A stretch of DNA of 64,000 nt, taken from IMG/VR virus record IMGVR_UViG_3300034012_003212, positions 196,659 to 260,658 of that record; one strand, 5' to 3'. Below, piece after piece: positions 26,684-34,638 of the stretch; within the stretch, counting starts at the first letter, position 1, and every line of letters starts with the position of its first letter. Under the pieces are notes generated by a model that did no database searches, was not told where the DNA came from, and was given only the letters and a program-made list of their open reading frames with translations. The translations under genes were made by a program, and so were the position numbers.

Positions 26684-27165
26684 TGAAATATCAGGAGTTC
26701 AAAACAAACATAAATGATGCTAATTTTCTTCCCTTTTCAGGTGTTAGCAAGATAACTATAAGGGATCTTTCGAAGATATCTGTGAAGAATCACATAAGAG
26801 TCCGAGGGGTGATGTCTTTGGCCACAAAGGTTGATATGAATTCTGATCTCACACACACATTCCCTCATGGGTTCTCGTGTGAAACACTAGAGTTTGCTAG
26901 AGGACTTGTATCAACAATTTTAAACAGTACTGGATTGATTGGGCCCTCGTTCAAGTTTCTTGAGCTGAACGTATTTCTTTTTTTTATGCCTTTACACGCA
27001 GCGAGAGACATCATCAAGTCTCATGATGAATGTCTACGGGTATACTGCAAAACGGACTTAAGCAATAGTGACAAGGATCTCAAAGGAACTGGTTTAAAAT
27101 ATTTACCTGTTGCAAAAAGTAATACGCCCAGAGAACTATACTGGACTATAGTGAGTCGAAAGTAA
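26680..27165 (+). CDS. Hypothetical protein, possible degenerate LRR-family member
   Basis: 161 aa; IRVRGVMSL and FPHGFSC faintly match the family. Confidence 0.65.
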   Translation: MMKYQEFKTNINDANFLPFSGVSKITIRDLSKISVKNHIRVRGVMSLATKVDMNSDLTHTFPHGFSCETLEFARGLVSTILNSTGLIGPSFKFLELNVFLFFMPLHAARDIIKSHDECLRVYCKTDLSNSDKDLKGTGLKYLPVAKSNTPRELYWTIVSRK

Positions 27166-27239
27166 AAGGCTACGTAAGATCTATGAGATTTTGCAAGTTC
27201 ACATAAGAATATATAAAAGAAGAGAAATGATGTAGAGTT

Positions 27240-27884
27240 ATGATAGATGAACTTAAAATAAAAACAATCACAGAAATAAAATTGCAACGCTGCGAAGGAC
27301 CAGTAACGAATAATCTCCCAAGGGGCATGAGAGTGGACGGCAATTTAATATTTGATTATAATCCGGATCTGATTAAAGCGCCAGACGATCTTCTAGTTAA
27401 TGGGTCCTGTTCATTTAGAGCGTGCGACAATCTTAAACACGTGTCAGAGAATTTAATCGTCAAAGACTCATTATTGATCCAATACTGCCAAAATATTACT
27501 GAATTGCCAAAAGGGATGATTGTATACCGCCTATTTCTTAGTGCGAACAAGAATCTAAACAAAATTGCAGAAGATATATCAGTCAGGTTATTATCCATGC
27601 GGGGGTGCGTCAATATCAATAAACTTCCTAAAGCATTCGCCGGAAGGAGTATGGTATTCCTTGATATAAAGAATTCTGCTATTGATGAAATACCAGATGG
27701 AATGAATTTGGAATTGCTCAACATAGAAGGATGCCGGTCTATCCAAGATCTTCCTCAGAGTCTGACTGTCATCGATGAAGTAGTGTATAATGCTGACACC
27801 GGATTTGCATCTGACAAGAAAAAAATCAAAGAGCTCAAACAAAGGTTTAGGATGAGGTTTGCGCGAAATAGAAGGTGGAGATGA
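27240..27884 (+). CDS. LRR protein (R44), diverged, longest member
   Basis: 214 aa; EIKLQRC N-cap, YNADTGF C-cap; AATATATA at 27208-27215 upstream. Confidence 0.88.
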   Translation: MIDELKIKTITEIKLQRCEGPVTNNLPRGMRVDGNLIFDYNPDLIKAPDDLLVNGSCSFRACDNLKHVSENLIVKDSLLIQYCQNITELPKGMIVYRLFLSANKNLNKIAEDISVRLLSMRGCVNINKLPKAFAGRSMVFLDIKNSAIDEIPDGMNLELLNIEGCRSIQDLPQSLTVIDEVVYNADTGFASDKKKIKELKQRFRMRFARNRRWR

Positions 27885-27920
27885 TGAAGACCGTAAAAAT
27901 AAATAAATAAAATCATCAAA

Positions 27921-28283
27921 ATGCTGAAAAATATAGCCATTTTCACAACAGTGGAGATCGACAGAAATACTGTGATAAGGGATGGGTCAAAAATAAAAGG
28001 CAATCTTCGTATAGGGTATAGGTCAAAAACTTTACTAAATCTACCAGTAGGACTTAGAGTAAAAGGCGACATAAATTTATACTATGAGCAGGATTTAGTT
28101 TCGCTTCCAGAAGGACTTGTAGTATTACATGATATTGATCTACGAGGTTGTATGGAATTGAAATACATACCTACAGATGCAATCATAGGCGGCGAGATAC
28201 ACTATGACGGTAACACATATGAAAAAACTGTAGATGTATTGAAGAAACGATTTAAAGGTAAGGTGATCTATGATAATGATTGA
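27921..28283 (+). CDS. LRR protein (R45), most distal and diverged
   Basis: 120 aa; LPVGLRVKGDINL and LPEGLVVLHDIDLRGC. Confidence 0.82.
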   Translation: MLKNIAIFTTVEIDRNTVIRDGSKIKGNLRIGYRSKTLLNLPVGLRVKGDINLYYEQDLVSLPEGLVVLHDIDLRGCMELKYIPTDAIIGGEIHYDGNTYEKTVDVLKKRFKGKVIYDND

Positions 28284-28286
28284 TTC

Positions 28287-29411
28287 TCACTTCTTACTGA
28301 AGAAGTAGTGAACGTCCTGGGTTTCGTTGTATACGAAGAATATCGCAGCTTCATCGATGGGTATGTCCATCCCTAAATGCTTGGATATGTAGTAAAATTT
28401 CGCCCTTCCGTTTATAGAGTTCTTTGGGAGATTTGATTCCCCTACGAATTTCATAAATTCTTCTCTTGTTATCTCAGTGGAGTCTCCTACGTCCCCTTCG
28501 TCGGGATTACCTACCTTTTGTGCCATGCTAGTAGCATCCGTAAATATGTCGCACACGGGCATTCTATTACCTGATTCCATATTGACGTCAATGCAGCTTC
28601 CTATGTATTTGGCGCCTTCGTTGATTTTTATGCTTTCTACTACTCCCTGCACTGGAGGTACGCCAAGAGATGAATGAAAGGCTTGTGAGTCTTTCTTGTA
28701 TCCTTCTTGAGTTTCATCTGTGACGTCCTGTGTGTACTGCCATGACCACGTCAATTCGCTAGGGGTTTCGAAACCATAGAAACTGAGAACTTCTTTCTGT
28801 TTTTCTGACTCATTCTTCCCATTCCAGTTGTGGCCTATACAGATGAATCCAGCATTTTTCCCCTCTATGGGATTCGCTCCGCCGAGGGTCGTGTGCATGT
28901 TTTGCATCCACGTCAGCCTCTCTATGAGTTTCTGGTATTCTGCGTTTGCTGAACCCCATCGTATGCTAGCAAAAAATATGACTGCGTCTGATTCAAATAT
29001 TTCACGGCTGATTCTCCAAAGCTCGTCCTTATTATCATTCACACTCGCCCAACATCTATGGAGCCCTGATGGATTTTTCTTCTTGTCCTTTAGGATGGCA
29101 TCTTTCACTCCACATGTATTTCCGGATGCATGACTAACATTTCCTTCACACGGGAGGATGTTAAGCCGTGGAACATCTATCCATGAAGTGGGGTGAAGAA
29201 CCTGGCTCTTTATATGTAGCGCAAGTAGTGTCGACCTGGGAACCTCAGGAGAATGGCCTCCGAGGTCATACCCTGTGTTGTAGGGATACCTTGTACTCGT
29301 GGTGAGGAACAGCGTTTTTTTGCTATTGTTATTCAAAAAATCCACTGTCATCTGAACAGGGTTGGAGCTAGAGTAGTCTAACGATACATCTGAGTTTCCT
29401 ATGTAGGGCAC
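28287..29411 (-). CDS. NADPH-dependent FMN reductase / multimeric flavodoxin-like protein with extra C-terminal domain
   Basis: Motifs NILPCEG, ESDAVIFFASIRWG, QKLIERL, KNAGFICIG resemble the flavodoxin-like FMN_red family; start uncertain. Confidence 0.7.
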   Translation of the reverse strand: MPYIGNSDVSLDYSSSNPVQMTVDFLNNNSKKTLFLTTSTRYPYNTGYDLGGHSPEVPRSTLLALHIKSQVLHPTSWIDVPRLNILPCEGNVSHASGNTCGVKDAILKDKKKNPSGLHRCWASVNDNKDELWRISREIFESDAVIFFASIRWGSANAEYQKLIERLTWMQNMHTTLGGANPIEGKNAGFICIGHNWNGKNESEKQKEVLSFYGFETPSELTWSWQYTQDVTDETQEGYKKDSQAFHSSLGVPPVQGVVESIKINEGAKYIGSCIDVNMESGNRMPVCDIFTDATSMAQKVGNPDEGDVGDSTEITREEFMKFVGESNLPKNSINGRAKFYYISKHLGMDIPIDEAAIFFVYNETQDVHYFFSKK

Positions 29412-29429
29412 GTTACTTTGTTTTTTTTT

Positions 29430-29765
29430 TTAATTGAATTCCGCAACTTTCCACTTATCCGGGGCGGATTCTATCTTCTCTGTTGATATCCTGATTCCCG
29501 ATTCGTTGAGTGAATCCATGTCATCATTGACTTTGAAGTGACTTGTGAATTCTTCGCACACAACTTCATTGGGTACATGTTCAGTGGAATCATGTAGCCA
29601 TGTCACTCCGAGGGAACACATGATTCTATCCACTGATTCATTTTTGAACTTAACATCTAGATTCCCTAGAACCTTGAGTTCAGAGCACCCAGGATCATTC
29701 TTCAGAACAACAAGTGTCTCGTATTCACTTCCTAAACCTAACTTATGTAAGAAGAACCTTGACAT
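29430..29765 (-). CDS. Hypothetical protein
   Basis: 111 aa ORF, co-oriented with neighbour. Confidence 0.65.
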   Translation of the reverse strand: MSRFFLHKLGLGSEYETLVVLKNDPGCSELKVLGNLDVKFKNESVDRIMCSLGVTWLHDSTEHVPNEVVCEEFTSHFKVNDDMDSLNESGIRISTEKIESAPDKWKVAEFN

Positions 29766-29871
29766 ACATCCATTTCGGTGTTACAATTCTGGTATAATAT
29801 ACACAATTCTTTCTAACGGATGAAATTTTTTTTATCAAAAATTGAACAAACGTTTCATCACAGAATCTCAG

Positions 29872-29881
29872 GTATATATAC
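29872..29881. promoter_or_regulatory. Palindromic GTATATATAC between divergent genes (putative bidirectional late promoter)
   Basis: Variant of the recurring TATATA motif. Confidence 0.4.
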
Positions 29882-29952
29882 ACCTATCGGATGGTTTAAT
29901 AAAAAATGCAATCGGAATTCACACCCCGGGAGCGGAGAAAAAAAGTAACAAC

Positions 29953-30741
29953 ATGGAATTTTTGGGCGTTTCGAACATAATAAGCATGATAGAAAAGATA
30001 GGAGTACTCCAGACGATCTTCGTCACTATTGTGATGACATGTATCTATCTGCTATCACGTCACTGGTTAAAACGCATAGACTCAAACTATGAGAAGATAA
30101 AAAAAGATAACGAGATCCTCCAGGATAAGATAACAGCGCTAAAGACTGAACACGAGGATAAGATGTCATCGATAGAGGCCGAGATAAAGAAGAAACTCGA
30201 CCAGAGGACAAACTTCATGAAGAACCACCCATTTTTCTCAACCATGGATTATCTTGTGGATGTGAAAATACCCGGGATATACTACCGATCACAGTTCAAG
30301 AAGATTGTGTTCACCGATATACTTGTTAACATGGTATCGAGCGCCAATGAAGTTTTCAAAAATTTCGTCTTCGATTCGAAGAATTACGAAACCGGAGCGA
30401 TAGAATTCAGGAACAATATAACCACGTCCATGAAGAACATGCACCAGTCATTCGCTGCCGCATGTAACAAGGACGCGGTACCTGCTATTGTCATGGAATC
30501 TTTCAGCGCGTGGGTGGCGCCTCTGACGCGTTTTGTGTTCTCTGCGACAGAGAGTATATGCGACAGCAAAATGTATGAAACTAACATAGATAAGATAAAC
30601 ACGATACTGAGCATCAATCTTGCAGTCTATGACGAGATGGTTTCTAATATAGAGGTGTATTTAGACGAGATAAATGGCGATTTCAACGGACTCACATACA
30701 AAGGAATCGTGTGTGAAGAAGAGCACCACCATCATCCTTAG
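29953..30741 (+). CDS. Membrane protein with N-terminal TM helix, coiled coil and soluble C-terminal domain (holin-like, T4 T-type topology)
   Basis: IGVLQTIFVTIVMTCIYLLS hydrophobic segment; ATG 29953 preferred over track TTG 29842. Confidence 0.5.
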   Translation: MEFLGVSNIISMIEKIGVLQTIFVTIVMTCIYLLSRHWLKRIDSNYEKIKKDNEILQDKITALKTEHEDKMSSIEAEIKKKLDQRTNFMKNHPFFSTMDYLVDVKIPGIYYRSQFKKIVFTDILVNMVSSANEVFKNFVFDSKNYETGAIEFRNNITTSMKNMHQSFAAACNKDAVPAIVMESFSAWVAPLTRFVFSATESICDSKMYETNIDKINTILSINLAVYDEMVSNIEVYLDEINGDFNGLTYKGIVCEEEHHHHP

Positions 30742-32333
30742 ATGTCGTCGGCTCCTGCGAAGTCTGATGGCTTTTCTTCCCGTAGGCGCTTCTTTATCTC
30801 CTCAAAATTCATGTCGTCTAGCTTTTCTTCCTTCTTCTTTTCGTCGAAGTCCTTGCTAACGAGCATGAGGGTTTTTCCATTCGGAGATTTTGTTATATCC
30901 TCGAATGATACGCGCATTCCTTTGAGTCTTCCTTTTTTCTTATTTGCTATAAGAGACAGTTCAAGATCTGCCAAAGTTAGCTTTTTGTTTCCCTTTGTTC
31001 CAACCGGAATGCCATCTAATGTGAGGACCACTTCTCGCAGCGGGGATCCTTCTACCTTCTTTTTTATACCAAGGGACCTAAGGGGCATGAAATCACCATC
31101 TCTTAGTTTTGCGTAAAACACCGATGAGTTATCGGATGGAACTATCCGGTATTTTGATGCATTGTTCTTCACCCATGAACTAAGTTCTTCTTGGCGTATG
31201 ATGAGGTTCTGCCCTTCTGATATGAGCTTTACGATTATTCTTCCTGACGTGTAAAACCATGGGCATGATTCGAACACAGCAGGATTTTTTGAATCATTGT
31301 TACACGCAACATTGAGCCTTGTCATGAATGTTCTGAAGCTCCGGCTGACTTCATCATCAGACTCACAGAAAGATTCGTAGTAACTGTCTATGTAATTATT
31401 CTTTCCTGTATTCCAGGACTTAATTGGATTATCATCGGAGCCATACTTACTCTGTCCCATGCACATGTTCCATGCATCGTATATCACCATCATCATGGTA
31501 TTGAATACAGAGAAGTATGATGCACTAATGGGATCATCACCAAAAATCCCCACAAAGTCTTTGTTCAAGTACGGTGATATCCACGATAGAAGCACATCAT
31601 CTTCGATCTCTTCTATATCCCCGTATGCTATGTATTTCCAAGCGCCACTAACTATATCCCATACGATGTAGTCGATTGCCAACACAGCTACGGCAGGAAG
31701 GGCTTCATTGACAGAGGACTCATTCACCTTTTTTTTGAAGAGAGCGGATACCTTTTTGAACAGCCCATCTAATGAATTAGAGGCGCTCGGTATCACTTTT
31801 TTTCCGATCTTCAGGAGATCTTTTCCCACCTGAGCTGCCGCGATGGCCTGAGTGGGATCCGAACGAACGACCCCTGACACTGTGAGATTTGCTAGATCGT
31901 CGTCATTCTTTATGTAATCAATGAGAACTGATTTAGCACTGCTTGCATCTGGCCATCTGTACCACTCCTCTATAACGGAGCACAATACATCTGCGTATGT
32001 TCCTTCCTTTTTCTGCTGGATGAATTCGTGTAGTTTAATGCTAAGGTTCGTGTTTCCGATTATATCCTCGGCCTTTGCTTCAATGCCATATAGCTGCTTG
32101 TAACTACTTGCGATGGTTGATTTCACGAAGTCGGGAGAGTCTGATTTTCTTTTAGTCCAGCCCTTTAGTATTTTTTTGGCATTGACGTACTTATTTGGAT
32201 TCCTCGACGGGCGCACATCGGGCATATTACGATAAGCCTCGATGATTTTTGCCATGTACTTTGACTTGGGCTTCATCTCGGTTAGTTCATCTACCTCATT
32301 TACAATATTCCATTTTTTAAAGTCTTTGATCAT
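30738..32333 (-). CDS. Putative virion internal/structural protein
   Basis: 531 aa; N-terminus MIKDFKKWNIVNE resembles a capsid-targeting/processing leader; upstream cluster ends at portal. Confidence 0.5.
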   Translation of the reverse strand: MIKDFKKWNIVNEVDELTEMKPKSKYMAKIIEAYRNMPDVRPSRNPNKYVNAKKILKGWTKRKSDSPDFVKSTIASSYKQLYGIEAKAEDIIGNTNLSIKLHEFIQQKKEGTYADVLCSVIEEWYRWPDASSAKSVLIDYIKNDDDLANLTVSGVVRSDPTQAIAAAQVGKDLLKIGKKVIPSASNSLDGLFKKVSALFKKKVNESSVNEALPAVAVLAIDYIVWDIVSGAWKYIAYGDIEEIEDDVLLSWISPYLNKDFVGIFGDDPISASYFSVFNTMMMVIYDAWNMCMGQSKYGSDDNPIKSWNTGKNNYIDSYYESFCESDDEVSRSFRTFMTRLNVACNNDSKNPAVFESCPWFYTSGRIIVKLISEGQNLIIRQEELSSWVKNNASKYRIVPSDNSSVFYAKLRDGDFMPLRSLGIKKKVEGSPLREVVLTLDGIPVGTKGNKKLTLADLELSLIANKKKGRLKGMRVSFEDITKSPNGKTLMLVSKDFDEKKKEEKLDDMNFEEIKKRLREEKPSDFAGADDI

Positions 32334-33223
32334 GAGCTTAGTTTTTTGAACATAGAATATGTCGAGAACGTCATAGCATTAAGTTTCATAAGCGATTCCA
32401 TAAATGTGGAATCAAAGTCTTTGAATAGTGAGTACGACTCATACGGGGCTTCTGCTGTCTTCTTACCAGAGGCGATACGCTCTATATTTTGTATAGTTGT
32501 CGTGTAGTATGCCCCAGATATCTGAGATGAAATGTCTCCCAATTCTGTGAATAGGGATGTGCTAGGCACATTCTTTGATGCCCTTCTGCAGAAACTAAGA
32601 ACGCCTTCGAGTGCATCCTTTGTGAGATCTTTGTCGAAATCAGAAGAGTTATTTGTCAAACATGCAGTATCTATCCCTCGGTCTTCGAGTTTTGAATTAA
32701 GTTCAGACCTGTCCGCTAGACCAAAGAGGAATGCCAGTTTTTTCCAATCTTCCTTCACCCCGGAATCCAGTTTTTTATCGCTGTACTCAACATCAGATGA
32801 ACCGAAAACATTTGTGAGAAACATGCTCGTTCTATCCGATCGAAGAGATTCGAACCATTCTGTTTCAAACCAATCACAGAACTCTTTTGCCTGTTTTTTC
32901 ATATCATCCAGGGGCACATCTTCTCCGGCTTCCTTTTTGATGATGGCCTCTAATACCAATTTCTTTTCCTGGGTTTTGTTTAGACCCATTCTCGGCAGAT
33001 TCTCCAGGACCTGAGAAGATTGACACAAGAAATTCTTCTTTTGTGCAATATCGGCGAAGAAATTGAAGCAGTGCTTTAGAAGAATCCTCTGTGAAGAATA
33101 CGCTAAAAATTCTTTGGTTGTGCACCCAGATTTTGAGAGCTGCGATAGCCTTGGAAACGAAAATTCAACTCCATGGTCTCTTATCCACGTGCTCGCATTA
33201 ACCTCTGCAATATTTTTTTCCAT
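32330..33223 (-). CDS. Hypothetical protein (virion cluster)
   Basis: 297 aa ORF overlapping the next gene. Confidence 0.7.
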   Translation of the reverse strand: MEKNIAEVNASTWIRDHGVEFSFPRLSQLSKSGCTTKEFLAYSSQRILLKHCFNFFADIAQKKNFLCQSSQVLENLPRMGLNKTQEKKLVLEAIIKKEAGEDVPLDDMKKQAKEFCDWFETEWFESLRSDRTSMFLTNVFGSSDVEYSDKKLDSGVKEDWKKLAFLFGLADRSELNSKLEDRGIDTACLTNNSSDFDKDLTKDALEGVLSFCRRASKNVPSTSLFTELGDISSQISGAYYTTTIQNIERIASGKKTAEAPYESYSLFKDFDSTFMESLMKLNAMTFSTYSMFKKLSS

Positions 33224-33266
33224 GAATTGTGTTTATAGTTTATCGGCCAAATATAGAATCACGACG

Positions 33267-34634
33267 CTACTTTTCCATCAGCGCATTGTAGAGCTTTATC
33301 GGGATTATCAACCTCGATGAGCCGTCTGTCCTCAGGGCCTTGAGTAATCTAGGGTATTTTGTTTTGGAGTACCCATTTGAATTACCCCAGTAAATTATCT
33401 GGGTTCGTATCTGGCGAACGAGAAACTTTATATCTTTTTTAGATTCTATCTGCGTCATCAGAGAATCATATTGAGATTTTCCTATCTGATTCTCTGACAG
33501 CAACTTGCTTATTATTGAAGCCATTGTACTGCTGGAGTAGTGTATGTAATACACGTCAACTCCTTCGTATACGTCTTTTCTTACATCAGGATCCTGTGCT
33601 TCTTCTTGGTCTGTTATTTTTTCCTGGCCTTTTTCAGCTTCGGCTGATCCAGAAGAACCATCTGGCATCTGAATCATCTTTGCCATTCCTAACTGGTCGT
33701 AGACCCACGCACACATTCCTATGACAACCAACGATTGGAATAGATAGAATAGGTCTGTTGTGAGAAGAACGCTGGACCATGTTTTACTGGATTCCGCCTT
33801 TTCCCTCAATTCGAGAGTTTTCTTTATTGCTATGCTGCATACGTAGTTGATCGCAGATAGACCACTCGTCATTGAAGGTATGGGAGCCACTAGACCTGCA
33901 TCAACGACAAATCCCTCAAAAGCGTCCTCGGGAGATGGGGATATTCCCGTTTTTATCGATAATGGTTTGTACTCATTCGAGCTGAGCCATTTCACGTGAT
34001 CATCGTCATCAGCTATGTTTTTAAAGAGCCAAGATACTGCACGCTTCCAGCTTTTTTCCGAAAAGTACGTCGTCAACATGCTCACTGCTTGCTTTAACGC
34101 AGAACTCCCTGGTTGTTTCTGTATGTCTATATGAGCAGATCCTTTATAGAGATCAATTCCTAGATTTCCCCCTGATAAGAATTCATCCATCTTTAAAAAA
34201 TAGTCCGCGACAGTCTCTCGTTCTGATTTAAGGTCCTCGAGGTTCTTTTTGCTGAACCAAGTTCCTTTCATCTTTGACCTAGCAGTACTGCGTTCCTCTG
34301 AGGTAAGCATCGTTGCAGCGATCGTTCCATTCTTTACGTTATTCCATGTTTCCTTGGCGAATGTGTTCACCACTTTTGCAGCAAACACAGAAAGTATATC
34401 GTCTTCCTTCAGCAGTGGGGTGTATGCATTTCCAGATGTGGGAAAGTCATTTTTCATGAGATCAAAGTCCCACATCCAGTCGGAAACTTTCACCTGATTC
34501 ATTTTCTTCCCCTCGAGGTTTATACCCTCTCCCTTCTTTTCATACAGCACGCCTCCAGTAAACAGATCACCGACCTCTTTGTTCTGGAACCGTACTTCTG
34601 GTAAAAACTCGTCTATTTTCTTAAGATTGTTCAT
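33267..34634 (-). CDS. Putative virion internal protein with one hydrophobic helix
   Basis: Start MNNLKKIDEFLPE at 34634 behind AATATATA; LFYLFQSLVVIGMCAWV segment. Confidence 0.55.
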   Translation of the reverse strand: MNNLKKIDEFLPEVRFQNKEVGDLFTGGVLYEKKGEGINLEGKKMNQVKVSDWMWDFDLMKNDFPTSGNAYTPLLKEDDILSVFAAKVVNTFAKETWNNVKNGTIAATMLTSEERSTARSKMKGTWFSKKNLEDLKSERETVADYFLKMDEFLSGGNLGIDLYKGSAHIDIQKQPGSSALKQAVSMLTTYFSEKSWKRAVSWLFKNIADDDDHVKWLSSNEYKPLSIKTGISPSPEDAFEGFVVDAGLVAPIPSMTSGLSAINYVCSIAIKKTLELREKAESSKTWSSVLLTTDLFYLFQSLVVIGMCAWVYDQLGMAKMIQMPDGSSGSAEAEKGQEKITDQEEAQDPDVRKDVYEGVDVYYIHYSSSTMASIISKLLSENQIGKSQYDSLMTQIESKKDIKFLVRQIRTQIIYWGNSNGYSKTKYPRLLKALRTDGSSRLIIPIKLYNALMEK

Positions 34635-34638
34635 ACGT

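Larger units (their letters stand above)
6284..28283 (+). repeat. Right arm: tandem array of about 45 paralogous LRR genes
   Basis: Consecutive same-strand ORFs of one architecture; 24-nt leader recognisable up to ~22.1 kb; distal members increasingly diverged. Confidence 0.97.

Noticed and set aside
731-28283. Integron cassette array (attC sites)
   Set aside because: Junctions lack RYYYAAC...GTTRRRY inverted cores and no tyrosine integrase is in the window; the analogy is only architectural
731-28283. Eukaryotic giant-virus origin (FNIP/LRR multigene families)
   Set aside because: Linked core genes are T4-like (gp20, gp4, gp55, gp46/47, gp41, UvsX) with SD sites and operon-style overlaps; the repeat is not FNIP-type
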